Counted from the first letter of the stretch, positions 35,868-46,035 are shown. The stretch is 53,876 nucleotides of DNA from a bacterium (GCA_021790255.1 JAJYIE010000004.1:1-53876), one strand, 5' to 3'. Numbers and translations: made by a program. Notes: a model not told the origin generated them from the sequence alone.

Positions 35868-36648
35868 GCACTTCCGGCCCGTTCTTCCCCACAATCACGC
35901 TCATTTCAAAAAGACCGCCCAGGCTGCCGTCATCAGTGGCCAGTGTCCAGCCGTCATCTTTCTCGTAAATTTCTCCCCTTCCACCGGCGTAGATGGATTC
36001 AATGGCAATGGTCATATTCTCCTGCAGCTTCAAGCCTACCCCCTCCTTACCGAAAGTTGGCACTTCCGGATCCTCATGAGCTGCCCGGCCTACTCCATGT
36101 CCGGATAAGCTTTTGACCACCCTGTATCCTGCTCTCTCAACCGTCTGCTGCAGTGCCGAGGAAATATCACCGATTCTGTTTCCTGCTTTGGCCTGCGCCA
36201 CTGCTTTCCACAGCGCCTCCTCTCCCGCTTTTAAAAATCGCCTTTTTTCTCCTTCTTGCCCATTGCCCGCCTCCTGTCCTCCCACCAGTACAGACCAGGC
36301 AGAATCGGTATGCCAGCCCTTATAAACTGCCCCCAGGTCAACTCCCAAAACATCTCCTTCCCGCAAGGTGATCGGCCGGGGGATGCCGTGCACCACCTCA
36401 TCGTTGACTGTCAGGCAGGTTGTATAGTAATAACCGGGGACTGTCTTAAAAGAAGACTGCCCTCCCAGCCGCGTTATTTCCCTGGTGGCAATTTCTTCCA
36501 GCTGCAGCAAACTTACCCCCGGATAACTTGCTTCAATCACCATTTTTAAAGCCCGGGCGGTAATTTCCCCGCTTTTTTTAAGCAAGGCCAGCTCCTGAGG
36601 GTTCCTGACAAGCAGGCGAACATTCTGCTGGGATAAAGAGCTATTCAT
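35845..36648 (-). CDS. map: Methionine aminopeptidase type I
   Basis: VNDEVVHGIP, VDLGA...WHTDSA, GHGVG...HEDP, IAIE, FE. Confidence 0.95.
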   Translation of the reverse strand: MNSSLSQQNVRLLVRNPQELALLKKSGEITARALKMVIEASYPGVSLLQLEEIATREITRLGGQSSFKTVPGYYYTTCLTVNDEVVHGIPRPITLREGDVLGVDLGAVYKGWHTDSAWSVLVGGQEAGNGQEGEKRRFLKAGEEALWKAVAQAKAGNRIGDISSALQQTVERAGYRVVKSLSGHGVGRAAHEDPEVPTFGKEGVGLKLQENMTIAIESIYAGGRGEIYEKDDGWTLATDDGSLGGLFEMSVIVGKNGPEVLTDWRKY

Positions 36649-37177
36649 TTTGCCCTGGCATATAACTTAAGATTTCTTCTGTGACTTTCTCCGGCGGCTG
36701 CCCGCCGTTTATTACTACCAGCGTTCCTCTGCTGCGGAATAAATCCAAGAGAGGTTGGGTATCTGTGCGATACCATGCCAGTCTTTTTTCAATCTTTTCC
36801 GGAGTATCATCCTCCCTCCCTCTAAGCAGCATCCTTTTTATCACTTCATGCTCCGGAACGTCCAGGTAAAAAACCTTATTGAATTTAGGGTCGTACAGTT
36901 GGTACTGAGCCAGTGTCCTGGGATAACCATCAGTAATAAAGCCTTTTTGATACGCCGGACTGTCAATTTTTTCTTTCACCAGATCCACTACCAGATGATC
37001 ATCTGCCAAAGCTCCGTGTTCAATAACCTTGGCCATCCGGCCCCACTTGCTCTCTTCCTTGGCCAGCTCCCGCAACATATCCCCGACAATAATCAGCGGC
37101 AAACCTAGCTTTTGTGCTAAAATTTGCGCCTGCGTTGTTTTACCCGAACCTTGCGGCCCGGCGATCATAATCTTCAC
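36641..37177 (-). CDS. adk: Adenylate kinase (short, no Zn-LID)
   Basis: [26 protein letters not shown]. Confidence 0.93.
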   Translation of the reverse strand: MKIMIAGPQGSGKTTQAQILAQKLGLPLIIVGDMLRELAKEESKWGRMAKVIEHGALADDHLVVDLVKEKIDSPAYQKGFITDGYPRTLAQYQLYDPKFNKVFYLDVPEHEVIKRMLLRGREDDTPEKIEKRLAWYRTDTQPLLDLFRSRGTLVVINGGQPPEKVTEEILSYMPGQNE

Positions 37178-38469
37178 CTTTTCAAAAACCCTTCGTAATT
37201 TCTTTCCACCAGCTTGCTCTCAAACTGTTTGGCCAGATCCAAAATTACTGATACCACAATTAAAATACCCGTTCCTCCTACTGCTAAGGTAGTAATCCCG
37301 GTGATCTGGGAAACTATTGAAGGCAAAATTGCTACTATCCCCAGAAAAATTGCTCCCGCCAATGTTATACGGACCAAAATATAATTTAAATAGGCAGCAG
37401 TGGCCGTACCCGGCCTGACGCCGGCTATAAAAGCTCCGGTCTTTTTAATCTCGTCGGCGATTTTATTGGGGTTAAAAATTACTGCCGTATAAAAATAAGT
37501 AAAGCCAATTACCAGCAGGAAATAAGAGAGGTTATAAGTTAAAGAGTGAACCTGGAAATTCAAAACCAAAAATCGGCCTATAGATTGCAGGGTCGGTTGG
37601 GAGGAAGCTTGGGACAAATACTGCCCGCCAAAAGAGGGAACCAAAACCAGGGAAACGGCAAAAATAATCGGAATCACACCAGCCTGGTTAACCCGCAGCG
37701 GCAGATAAGAATATGAGCCGCCGACTTCCCGGCCACCTAAAAAGCGGCGGGCATAATGGATCATAATCTGCCGGCGTCCTTCATTAACATAGACAATCCC
37801 GGCCGTAATTACCAGTGCCAAAGCCGCAAAAATCATGAGGTTTAAAATCTGCTGGGTATCGGTGACGGAAAAAGTTTGTGCCAGGGAAACAGGCGCCCGG
37901 GCAACAATTCCAGCAAAAATCAGCAGGGAGATGCCGTTGCCCACCCCGTACTCTGTAATCAGCTCCCCCAGCCACATGGCAAAAATCGTCCCAGTTGTCA
38001 TTGCCACAATAATCGTCAGAACATCCAAAGGATTTCCTCCGCCGCTGATAACTCCCTGGCTGCGGAGCAGGGCCACCATACCGACTGACTGCAAAACCGC
38101 CAGAGGTACCGTAATATAGCGGGTATATTGGTTAATTTTCTGCCGGCCATACTCTCCTTCCTTGGACAGCGCTTCAAGAGAGGGAAAAACCATCTGCAGA
38201 AGTTGCAAAATAATAGAAGCATTGATGTAGGGGTTCAAGCCCAGAGAGATAATGGAAAAGTTAGCCAGGGTCCCGCCTGAAAAAATATCCAGCAGCCCTA
38301 AAAACTGGTTCCCCTGAAAAAACTGGCGCAGGGCAGCCAAATCTACCCCTCCTACAGGAATATGGGCTGCAATCCTGTAGACTACAACAATTATGGCAGT
38401 GATGATAATTTTGCGTCGCAGTTCAGGGATTTTAAAGGAGTTTATGATCGGGGCAAGCAGATCAGACAT
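37174..38469 (-). CDS. secY: Preprotein translocase subunit SecY
   Basis: [25 protein letters not shown]...[25 protein letters not shown]. Confidence 0.97.
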   Translation of the reverse strand: MSDLLAPIINSFKIPELRRKIIITAIIVVVYRIAAHIPVGGVDLAALRQFFQGNQFLGLLDIFSGGTLANFSIISLGLNPYINASIILQLLQMVFPSLEALSKEGEYGRQKINQYTRYITVPLAVLQSVGMVALLRSQGVISGGGNPLDVLTIIVAMTTGTIFAMWLGELITEYGVGNGISLLIFAGIVARAPVSLAQTFSVTDTQQILNLMIFAALALVITAGIVYVNEGRRQIMIHYARRFLGGREVGGSYSYLPLRVNQAGVIPIIFAVSLVLVPSFGGQYLSQASSQPTLQSIGRFLVLNFQVHSLTYNLSYFLLVIGFTYFYTAVIFNPNKIADEIKKTGAFIAGVRPGTATAAYLNYILVRITLAGAIFLGIVAILPSIVSQITGITTLAVGGTGILIVVSVILDLAKQFESKLVERNYEGFLKR

Positions 38470-38920
38470 TCACAATCTTCCCCCCGGCTTTTTCAATCTT
38501 TCCGGCTGCAGCTTTACTGATGGGTAACTTTACCGTCAAACCTTTATCAATCTCACCAGTGCCGACAATCTTTACGCCGTATTTTTTGGCTGCATTCTCA
38601 CCAACCACCTTCTGTTCAATTAGACTCTGCAGGTCAACTGTTGCTCCGGCTTTAAAAACCTCCAACTTACCGACTTTTATGGGGATCCTTTTGTTCCCTG
38701 TCCGAGCGCTGTCATGATGACCGGCACGCCGGTACCCTCTTTTGTATGGTAATTTTTTATAAATCGGCAAAGCTCCACCGACAAATCCCGGAGGAGTACT
38801 GCCACGGGCTTTTTGCCCTTTGGTTCCCCGGCCAGCAGTCTTGCCCCTGCCTGAGCCTATTCCGCGCCCCAGCCTTTTTTTACTTTTGCTCACAGCTTTG
38901 CTTAACTCATACAGTTTCAT
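38462..38920 (-). CDS. rplO: 50S ribosomal protein L15
   Basis: [24 protein letters not shown]. Confidence 0.97.
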   Translation of the reverse strand: MKLYELSKAVSKSKKRLGRGIGSGRGKTAGRGTKGQKARGSTPPGFVGGALPIYKKLPYKRGYRRAGHHDSARTGNKRIPIKVGKLEVFKAGATVDLQSLIEQKVVGENAAKKYGVKIVGTGEIDKGLTVKLPISKAAAGKIEKAGGKIVNV

Positions 38921-39450
38921 GACTCCTGCTTCTCCTTCTTTGCCTTTGCCGTTTCGGATTTCTCCTCCGTCTTTTTACCGCCCATTCTCTCACCGATCAT
39001 TTTCAGCTTACCCAACGCTGCCATGGTTGCATAAACATTGGAGGCCTGGTTGCTGGTACCTAAAATTTTGGAAACCACGTCACTGATGCCGGCTGCCTCA
39101 ACCACCACTCGCACTGCTCCTCCGGCGATAATCCCGGTTCCTGCCGGAGCAGGCCGCAGCATTACACGGGCAGCCCCTCTTTTGACAGTGATGGAGTGGG
39201 GGATTGTCCTGTTTTCATAAAGCGGGATTGTTACCAAATGACGGCGGGCATAACCTGTAGCTTTTCTGACGGCAGACTGGACATCACCGGCCTTGCCCAG
39301 GCCCACCCCAACCCGGCCTTTTTTATCACCAACAACCGCCAAAACCGAGAGGGATCTTTTATCCCCGCCCTGGGTTTTCTTAGACACCCGGTTGACCTGC
39401 ACTACTTTTTCAAAAAACTCTGATTCCTGATTAAAATTTTCTGGGTTCAT
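38917..39450 (-). CDS. rpsE: 30S ribosomal protein S5
   Basis: VNRVSKKTQGG, VGVGLGKA, PAPAGTGIIAGG; alternative start at 39486. Confidence 0.96.
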   Translation of the reverse strand: MNPENFNQESEFFEKVVQVNRVSKKTQGGDKRSLSVLAVVGDKKGRVGVGLGKAGDVQSAVRKATGYARRHLVTIPLYENRTIPHSITVKRGAARVMLRPAPAGTGIIAGGAVRVVVEAAGISDVVSKILGTSNQASNVYATMAALGKLKMIGERMGGKKTEEKSETAKAKKEKQES

Positions 39451-39564
39451 AGTCTTTTTGACTATTTGGTCATATCGTTGAACCATTTATAAAGGCTAAA
39501 GAGCCAAACAGTCCACCGCAACCTTTTAGTTTTTTATCCTCCTTAAAATCTCATTGTTTATTCT

Positions 39565-39585
39565 TAAATCATAAATCATAAATCC
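39565..39585. repeat. Heptamer tandem (TAAATCA)x3 just after the rplR stop
   Basis: taaatca taaatca taaatcc. Confidence 0.8.
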
Positions 39586-39587
39586 TC

Positions 39588-39926
39588 CTAAAATTCAAGG
39601 CCACCTTCTCGGGCTCCTTGTGCCAATTTTTCTATCCGTCCGTGGTAAAGATATCCACCCCGGTCAAAAACCACTTTCTTTATACCCTTTTTTGCAGCTG
39701 CCGTAGCCAATTGCTTCCCAACCTCAAAAGCCTTCTCTGCCTTAACTTTTCCTGCCATCTTCAAATCAGAGGCTGCTACCAAGGTTTTACCCTGCCCGTC
39801 ATCAATTATCTGGGCATAGATGTGTTTGGCGGAGCGGAAAACCGCCAGCCTGGGCCGCCCGGTTGTGCTCGCCACCGTTTTTCTGACCCGGTAATGCCGT
39901 TTTTTCCTTGCAACAACTGTGTTCAT
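39588..39926 (-). CDS. rplR: 50S ribosomal protein L18
   Basis: [27 protein letters not shown]. Confidence 0.97.
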   Translation of the reverse strand: MNTVVARKKRHYRVRKTVASTTGRPRLAVFRSAKHIYAQIIDDGQGKTLVAASDLKMAGKVKAEKAFEVGKQLATAAAKKGIKKVVFDRGGYLYHGRIEKLAQGAREGGLEF

Positions 39927-39932
39927 AACTGG

Positions 39933-40481
39933 TTATTTTGTCCCTACCTTACTGGCCTTGCCGGCTTTGCGGCGGACATACTCACCGCTATAACGAATTC
40001 CTTTGCCCTGGTAAGGCTCCGGCGGCCGAACTTTTCTGACTGAGGCAGCTACCTGTCCGACAACAATTTTATCCGTGCCGGATACAGTAATTTTAGTGTT
40101 GTCCTCTATCGCAAATTTAATCCCCTCCGGCGCAATTATCTCTACCGGATGAGAAAAACCAACGCTTAAAGTCAGTTTGTCGCCGGAAGATTGAGCCCTA
40201 AACCCCACTCCGACAAGTTCTAACCTTTTTTGCCACCCCTTTTCTACTCCTGTCACCATATTTGCAATTAGTGAACGGGAGAGGCCGTGGACTGAGCGGG
40301 AAATTTTATCTTCCCCTTTGCGCCTAACCACTACCTGCTGTCCCTCTACCTGCACCTTAACCTGAGCAGGAATTTGTAGAGACAAGGAGCCCAGCGGCCC
40401 TTCCACCTGCAGCATATCGCCGTCAATGGTAACACCAACTCCGGCAGGCAGTATTACTGGTGCATTTCCGATTCTTGACAT
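39933..40481 (-). CDS. rplF: 50S ribosomal protein L6
   Basis: MSRIGNAP, GVGFRA, PPEPYQGKGIRY. Confidence 0.97.
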   Translation of the reverse strand: MSRIGNAPVILPAGVGVTIDGDMLQVEGPLGSLSLQIPAQVKVQVEGQQVVVRRKGEDKISRSVHGLSRSLIANMVTGVEKGWQKRLELVGVGFRAQSSGDKLTLSVGFSHPVEIIAPEGIKFAIEDNTKITVSGTDKIVVGQVAASVRKVRPPEPYQGKGIRYSGEYVRRKAGKASKVGTK

Positions 40482-40484
40482 AAT

Positions 40485-40858
40485 TTACCACACGTAGGCC
40501 ATCACTTCTCCGCCTACTTTCTCCTTTCTCGCTTGCTTGTCTGTAAGTACCCCTTTGGGTGTTGAGATAATAGCTACACCTAGGCCCTCATAAACATAAG
40601 GCAAGTTGCGGCTGCCGCTGTACACCCGCCTTCCGGGTTTGGACACTCTTTAACATCCGTTAAAGCCGGCTGGCGGTTACTGTATTTTAAAGTCACTTTA
40701 ATTTGCCGGCCTTCTGCCTGGTAACCGTCGATAAATTGCTCTTTTTTAAGCAGCTCGCAGATAGCCAGGCCCAGCTTGGAATAATCAGCTGCCACTTCCT
40801 TGCGGGAAGCAAGATAGCCGTTCTTTATTCTTATCAGTAAATCTCCGACTTTATCCAT
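40485..40858 (-). CDS. rpsH: 30S ribosomal protein S8 (apparent 1-nt frameshift at 40649-40651)
   Basis: N-terminus DLLIRIKNG. Adding one A restores [11 protein letters not shown]...[12 protein letters not shown]...GGEVMAYVW (124 aa). Confidence 0.93.
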
Positions 40859-40866
40859 ACAACTGT

Positions 40867-40952
40867 AAATTTCTAATTAACCTAAATAATACCTAAATCC
40901 TAATATTTCAAACATTTAGTCATTAGTATTTATTTAGAAATTAGGTTAATTA
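40867..40952. repeat. AT-rich inverted repeat with CTAAAT/ATTTAG units between rpsN and rpsH
   Basis: TAATTAACCTAA (40874-85) / TTAGGTTAATTA (40941-52), perfect 12-bp arms. Confidence 0.8.
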
Positions 40953-40963
40953 TTCTCCTTTCT

Positions 40964-41143
40964 TTACCAACTTGACTTTTTTACTCCCGGCAGCAGTCCC
41001 TGATGGGCCAGTTCCCGAAAGCACAACCGGCAAAGTCCGAATTTACTTAAAATAAAACGGGAACGCCCGCAGCGCATACAGCGTGCATGGTAACGCACCT
41101 GATATTTTTCTTTAGCTTTTACAACGTTGCTTGTTTTAGCCAT
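40964..41143 (-). CDS. rpsN: 30S ribosomal protein S14 (type Z, Zn-binding)
   Basis: Hand translation ...RCMRCGRSR...[23 protein letters not shown], 59 aa. Confidence 0.96.
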   Translation of the reverse strand: MAKTSNVVKAKEKYQVRYHARCMRCGRSRFILSKFGLCRLCFRELAHQGLLPGVKKSSW

Positions 41144-41197
41144 ATGTTTTTAGTGTGTAGTTAAGGGAACCAGAACTAGACGTTCCGTGCCTACTTA

Positions 41198-41761
41198 CTA
41201 AACCCTAGCTTTCTCCTTCCTAAACGGCATTCCTAAAAGCTCCAGCAATTTGCGCCCCTTTTCCCTGTCCCGAGCGGTAGTAACTATCGTTACTTCCAAA
41301 CCCCGAACCTTGCTGCCGATAACACCTGCCTGGTAATTTACTTCAGGGAAGGTAGTTTGTTCCCTCAGGCCCAAAGTATAGTTCCCTTGCCCGTCAAAAG
41401 CACTGCCGGGCAGCCCCCGAAAATCCCGGACTTTCGGTAGAACAATAGTAATCAGTTTATCTAAAAAATCAAACATCCGCTCCCCTCTCAATGTTGCTAC
41501 TACCCCGATTGGCTGTCCCTGGGATAGCTTAAAATTGGAAATTGATCTCTTACTTTTGGCTACAACGGGCTTTTGTCCGGTTAAAGCTGTTATATTCCCG
41601 CTGACTTTGTCGATAATTTCCTGATTATCCTTGGCATCACCCAAACCGACATTTACCACTATTTTTCTCAGGCGTGGCACTGCCAAATCGTTAGCAATAC
41701 TCCACTCCTTTTTCAACTCGGGTAATATTTCACTTTTATACCTGTCTTTTAGTCTGGACAT
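41198..41761 (-). CDS. rplE: 50S ribosomal protein L5
   Basis: KIVVNVGLG, TGQKP, LPKVRDFRG, GNYTLG. Confidence 0.97.
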   Translation of the reverse strand: MSRLKDRYKSEILPELKKEWSIANDLAVPRLRKIVVNVGLGDAKDNQEIIDKVSGNITALTGQKPVVAKSKRSISNFKLSQGQPIGVVATLRGERMFDFLDKLITIVLPKVRDFRGLPGSAFDGQGNYTLGLREQTTFPEVNYQAGVIGSKVRGLEVTIVTTARDREKGRKLLELLGMPFRKEKARV

Positions 41762-41765
41762 AGCG

Positions 41766-42086
41766 CTATTTCTCCTCCCTTTCTTTGATTACCTGCCCGC
41801 ATTTTTTACAAAATCTTATTTTTTTGTCTCCTTCAGTTTTAAAACCCACCCTGGTAGTTTTTTGACAATTCGGACAAATTAATGCCACATTGCTGACATC
41901 CATTGGTTTACTGATATCCAAAATTCCGCCCTGACTTTGTGCCTGCCGGCGCAAATGCCTCTTGTAAACATTGGCTTCCTCTACCAGCACACGGCCTTCT
42001 TTACTCCACACACGCAAAACCTTGCCGCTACGACCGTTGTCTTTACCAAGCGTTATTTTAACTGTGTCATTTACCCTAATTTTCAT
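41766..42086 (-). CDS. rplX: 50S ribosomal protein L24
   Basis: DTVKITLGKDNG, SNVALICP, RVGF. Confidence 0.96.
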   Translation of the reverse strand: MKIRVNDTVKITLGKDNGRSGKVLRVWSKEGRVLVEEANVYKRHLRRQAQSQGGILDISKPMDVSNVALICPNCQKTTRVGFKTEGDKKIRFCKKCGQVIKEREEK

Positions 42087-42107
42087 AATTTTGATTTTCT
42101 AGCTTTT

Positions 42108-42476
42108 TTACCATACCTCCGGCGCCAGGGATGCAATTTTGGCAAATCCATGGTCCCGCACCTCCCTGGCTACAGGTCCGAAAACCCGGGTAGCCCGTAA
42201 ATTCCCGTCTTTATCAATCACAACTCCGGCATTCTCGTCAAATTTAATGTACGATCCATCCGTTCTGCGCACTTCTTTTTTAGTACGGACAATTATAATC
42301 CTGACAATCTCCGCATCTTTAACCTGTCCGTTGGGATTTGCCCCTCTCACCACTCCCACTACCACCTCACCCAAACCCGCCTTCCGCTTTCCTGAACCGC
42401 CCAAAGGCTGCACAACATAAAGCTGCCTCGCCCCGCTGTTATCCGCAACTTTTAATACTGACCTGTGCTGAACCAT
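42108..42476 (-). CDS. rplN: 50S ribosomal protein L14
   Basis: [31 protein letters not shown]. Confidence 0.97.
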   Translation of the reverse strand: MVQHRSVLKVADNSGARQLYVVQPLGGSGKRKAGLGEVVVGVVRGANPNGQVKDAEIVRIIIVRTKKEVRRTDGSYIKFDENAGVVIDKDGNLRATRVFGPVAREVRDHGFAKIASLAPEVW

Positions 42477-42505
42477 ATGTTAGCTGCTAGTCCGCAGACT
42501 ACGTG

Positions 42506-42964
42506 CTATCTCTCCTCCTTTTCCCTACTCTTTATTGTTGCTTTTTCACTTTTTGCAGTTTCTTCTTTTTCCTCTTTCCCAACCTCTGCTTTTTCCTCCG
42601 GCATAACCTCCGCAATTGCCTCGGCTGCATCTTCCTTTAGCTCTTCCCTTACCACCGCTGCAACATCTTTACCGACTACCCGTACTATCCGGAAGTTTTT
42701 ATTCTTGGAAACAGGCCGGCCGTGGCTAATTTCCACCACATCACCTACCGCAACTTTTATATCATCTTGTACCAGATACCTTTTACTTCGCCTGAAAGAT
42801 TTTCCGTAAAGCGGGTGCGTCTTCCGGTTTTCCACCAATACAGTTACGGTCTGCGGCTGATTGGCAGTCACAACACGACCACGCAAAACCTGGCCCATGG
42901 CGGCTGCCGCCTGTTCCTTCTTGACTTCTACTTGTTTTGTTCTAGTCTGCACTTTTTTAGCCAT
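42506..42964 (-). CDS. rpsQ: 30S ribosomal protein S17 (N- and C-terminal extensions)
   Basis: LRGRVV, HPLYGK, GDVVEI...RPVSKNK. Confidence 0.95.
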   Translation of the reverse strand: MAKKVQTRTKQVEVKKEQAAAAMGQVLRGRVVTANQPQTVTVLVENRKTHPLYGKSFRRSKRYLVQDDIKVAVGDVVEISHGRPVSKNKNFRIVRVVGKDVAAVVREELKEDAAEAIAEVMPEEKAEVGKEEKEETAKSEKATIKSREKEER

Positions 42965-42988
42965 ATATTTTGGCAAGTATACTATGTG

Positions 42989-43216
42989 CTACTTCTCCCT
43001 CTTCTCTTCCAAATCTTTTAATAACTGTTTTTGCCTCAGCACCGTCAAAACCTGAGCCAAATCCCGCCTTTTCTTCTTGACCTCCCGCAAATCTGATAGT
43101 TTACTGACATTTTTATCTAAAATCAAACCCGTTATCTCTTTTCGCAAAGCTGTTGCTTTCCCCAAGATGGTGTCGATCTCTGCCTTTTTTACTTCACTAA
43201 GTTCAGTTTTTTTCAA
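42989..43216 (-). CDS. rpmC: 50S ribosomal protein L29
   Basis: Position between rplP and rpsQ; RRDLAQVLT. Confidence 0.88.
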   Translation of the reverse strand: MKKTELSEVKKAEIDTILGKATALRKEITGLILDKNVSKLSDLREVKKKRRDLAQVLTVLRQKQLLKDLEEKREK

Positions 43217-43217
43217 G

Positions 43218-43652
43218 TTAATTCTCCTTTATACCGGACATCCGGCTTTGAATGAAGCGGGTCTTGATCGGCAGCTTGTGAGCTGCCAGGCGCAGCGCTT
43301 CCCGGGCAGTTTCTCCGGAAACAGCACCCAGTTCAAAAATCACACTTCCGGGTTTTACTACCGCCACATAACCTGCCACTTCACCCTTACCGCTACCCAT
43401 CCGGGATTCGGCAGGATGCTTGGTGATCGGCTTATCCGGGAAAACCCTGATCCAGACGCGGCCGCCCCTGGCAGTAAAGCGGGTAATAGCCCGCCGGGCC
43501 GCTTCCAGCTGGCGCGAGGAGATAAACCCCCTGTCCATCGCCTTAATACCGAAAGTACCGAAGCTTAAGGTATCGCCGCGGGTAGCAACTCCGCCTCTTT
43601 TGCCCTTAAATGTTTTCCTGTGTTTAACCCTGCTAGGCTGCAGCAATGCCAT
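43218..43652 (-). CDS. rplP: 50S ribosomal protein L16
   Basis: [24 protein letters not shown]. Confidence 0.97.
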   Translation of the reverse strand: MALLQPSRVKHRKTFKGKRGGVATRGDTLSFGTFGIKAMDRGFISSRQLEAARRAITRFTARGGRVWIRVFPDKPITKHPAESRMGSGKGEVAGYVAVVKPGSVIFELGAVSGETAREALRLAAHKLPIKTRFIQSRMSGIKEN

Positions 43653-43662
43653 ATTTTTCTTG

Positions 43663-43719
43663 TGGCTCGCAGGTTTAGCCCGTAGACACTACGTGCTACC
43701 TCCCATACCCTACGTGCTA
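43663..43719. repeat. Palindromic TAG/CTA heptad lattice anchored on the rpsC stop
   Basis: CTA/CCA at 43689, 43696, 43703, 43710, 43717; TAG at 43676, 43683; CTACGTGCTA occurs twice. Confidence 0.85.
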
Positions 43720-44367
43720 TTTATTTCCTCCTTCCACTTCACCTTTGTTAATCCAAACTTTTACTCCCACATAACCAGATTTGGTCATGGCCGGCACTAC
43801 GGCAAAATCCACATCCTGGCGCAGGGTGTGCAATGGCATGGAGCCGGCCGCTTTCCACTCCCGCCGGGCAATTTCCGCTCCGCCAATTCTGCCGGAAAGC
43901 ACAACCCTCACCCCTTTGGCTCCCGCCTTCATTACCCGCTCCACTGCCTGGTTCATCACCCGCTGGGCCGGCATTCTCCTGACCAACTGCTCAGCAATAT
44001 TTTGAGCCACAAGTTGAGCCCAAAGATCCGGCGATTTAATATCCATCGGTACAATTTCCAGGCTGTTTTCGTCTTTGACATTCAGATGCTGCATTAAAAA
44101 CTTCTTCAGCTCCGTAAGGCCGCTGCCACCCCGACCGATCAAAACCCCCGGCCGTGAAACAAAGATAATTACCTTGGTTTTATTGCTTGCCCGCTCAATT
44201 TCAATGCGGGTCACCCCGGCCTGCCGTAATCTGCCCATCAAAAGCTCCCGGATTTTAATATCTTCCAGAAGGTATTGACGGTACTTTTTATCGGTAGCAT
44301 ACCAGCGGGTCTGCCAGGTACTGGCGTTTCCCATGCGAAAACCCACCGGGTTTACTTTTTGTCCCAT
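43717..44367 (-). CDS. rpsC: 30S ribosomal protein S3
   Basis: MGQKVNPVGFR, RPGVLIG, SGRIGGAEIAR, PLHTLR. Confidence 0.97.
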   Translation of the reverse strand: MGQKVNPVGFRMGNASTWQTRWYATDKKYRQYLLEDIKIRELLMGRLRQAGVTRIEIERASNKTKVIIFVSRPGVLIGRGGSGLTELKKFLMQHLNVKDENSLEIVPMDIKSPDLWAQLVAQNIAEQLVRRMPAQRVMNQAVERVMKAGAKGVRVVLSGRIGGAEIARREWKAAGSMPLHTLRQDVDFAVVPAMTKSGYVGVKVWINKGEVEGGNK

Positions 44368-44400
44368 ATTTTAATTAGCCAAATTGTACATTTCTAAAGA

Positions 44401-44844
44401 CTATTTACCAGTCTTATTACCAATTTGGCTATTTTCTCCTTCCTCCTGTTCAACAATTGCAACTTTTTCAGCACTCTCCATATTTTTGACTTTTGACTTT
44501 TGACTTTTGACTTCCAGATCGTCCGTCAGGACAATTTTGATATGGCTGGTGCGTTTTTTATAAGGCTTGATCCGGCCGCGGGTTCCCGCCCGGTATCGTT
44601 TCATAGCCATGCCTTCATTTATCTCCAGGTTTTTAAAGCTCAGACCGGATTCATCCAGCTTGCGTTCCCGGGCATTAGCCAGCGCGGTTTGAATCGCCTT
44701 AAGAAGCGGCCTGGCTGCCGCTTTATTTGTAAGTCTCAAAACCTGCAGGGAGCGGTTCGGATCCATTTTTCTGACCATATCGGCCACCAGCCGCAGCTTG
44801 CGGGGTGAGGTATGAATATTCTTTTGTATCGATACAATTTCCAT
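44401..44844 (-). CDS. rplV: 50S ribosomal protein L22 with C-terminal extension
   Basis: SPRKLRLVAD, ALANA, KRTSHIKIVL. Confidence 0.96.
   Translation of the reverse strand: MEIVSIQKNIHTSPRKLRLVADMVRKMDPNRSLQVLRLTNKAAARPLLKAIQTALANARERKLDESGLSFKNLEINEGMAMKRYRAGTRGRIKPYKKRTSHIKIVLTDDLEVKSQKSKVKNMESAEKVAIVEQEEGENSQIGNKTGK
44484..44513. repeat. (TTTTGAC)x4 heptamer tandem inside the rplV 3' extension
   Basis: Four exact copies; encodes VKSQKSKVK. Confidence 0.9.
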
Positions 44845-44858
44845 CTTTTAATCTTTTA

Positions 44859-45140
44859 CTATACCTTTGCCGTTGACTTCTCTGTCTTCTTGCCGTGTGA
44901 GCGGAAAATCCGGGTGGGAGCAAACTCACCCAGCCGGTGTCCCACCATCGATTCAGTAACATAAACCGAAGCAAAGGTTTTACCGTTGTGCACCAAAAAG
45001 GTCAGCCCGACAAATTCCGGGGCAATTTGAGAAGCACGGGCCCAAGTTTTAATCGGGCCCTTTTGTCCACTTTGTTGAGCTGCTGCTTTTTTCATCAGCT
45101 TTGCATCAACATATGGTCCTTTTTTAAGCGATCTTGCCAT
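44859..45140 (-). CDS. rpsS: 30S ribosomal protein S19
   Basis: [27 protein letters not shown]. Confidence 0.97.
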   Translation of the reverse strand: MARSLKKGPYVDAKLMKKAAAQQSGQKGPIKTWARASQIAPEFVGLTFLVHNGKTFASVYVTESMVGHRLGEFAPTRIFRSHGKKTEKSTAKV

Positions 45141-45143
45141 TTT

Positions 45144-45962
45144 TTATTTTCTCCGTTTTATTATATATTTACCCGACTGTTTGCTTTGTTTTCTGGTTTT
45201 ACCCACTGCCGGGCGGCCGTATTTGGTCATCGGCTGAACCCGGCCGACTCCTGAGCGGCCCTCACCACCACCGTGGGCATGGGAACGGGGATCCTGGGCT
45301 GTACCACGCACCGTCGGCCTGATTCCTAAATGCCGGCTGCGGCCTGCTTTGCCCAAATTAACATTTTTTGTTTCTTCATTACCCAGCGTTCCGATGGTAG
45401 CCAGCGATTCCAAGGGAAACATTCTAATCTCCCCTGATGGAAGTTTCAAGTTAGCAAAAGGAGGTTGTTTAGCCTGCAGAATTAAACTGGTGCCTGCGCT
45501 GCGCCCAATCTGGCCACCTTTACCCGGAATAAGCTCAACGTTGTGTACCAGCGTCCCGATTGGCATATTCTTCAGCCTCATAGCATTACCCGTTCTCACT
45601 TCCACCTTATCACCCGCTATAACTGGGTCCCCTGTCTGCAAATCCTTCGGGGCCAAAATATAACGATAATCCCCGTCCTGGTATTTCACTAGGGCAATAT
45701 CTACATTGCGGTTGGGATCATATTCCAAGGCGACAACTTTGCCTTCTACCCCAAACTTATCCCGACGGAAGTCTATCAGCCGGTAGTACCTTTTATGGCG
45801 GCCTCCCTGATGACGAACGGTTACTGTGCCAAAAGAGCGCCCGCTGTGTTTTTTTAAGATCACCCGCAAGTTTTTCGGCGCATCCGGATTCTTCACCGCC
45901 CGCTTCAGATGGGAAGCAAACCGCCGGGTATTAGTTTTTTCTTTATATTGAACTAGAGACAT
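45144..45962 (-). CDS. rplB: 50S ribosomal protein L2
   Basis: YRLIDF, EYDPNR, RSAGT, LPSGE, HGGGEG. Confidence 0.97.
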   Translation of the reverse strand: MSLVQYKEKTNTRRFASHLKRAVKNPDAPKNLRVILKKHSGRSFGTVTVRHQGGRHKRYYRLIDFRRDKFGVEGKVVALEYDPNRNVDIALVKYQDGDYRYILAPKDLQTGDPVIAGDKVEVRTGNAMRLKNMPIGTLVHNVELIPGKGGQIGRSAGTSLILQAKQPPFANLKLPSGEIRMFPLESLATIGTLGNEETKNVNLGKAGRSRHLGIRPTVRGTAQDPRSHAHGGGEGRSGVGRVQPMTKYGRPAVGKTRKQSKQSGKYIIKRRK

Positions 45963-45977
45963 GTTTTTGTTGATGCA

Positions 45978-46035
45978 TAGTTTGTAAGGAGTAGCGCGTA
46001 GTATCTACGGGCTACTTCCTACCCTCTTCGCGCTA
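45978..46035. repeat. Palindromic TAG/CTA heptad lattice anchored on the rplW stop
   Basis: TAG/TAA at 45978, 45985, 45992, 45999; 3-nt loop; CTA/CTT at 46005, 46012, 46019, 46026, 46033. Confidence 0.85.
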
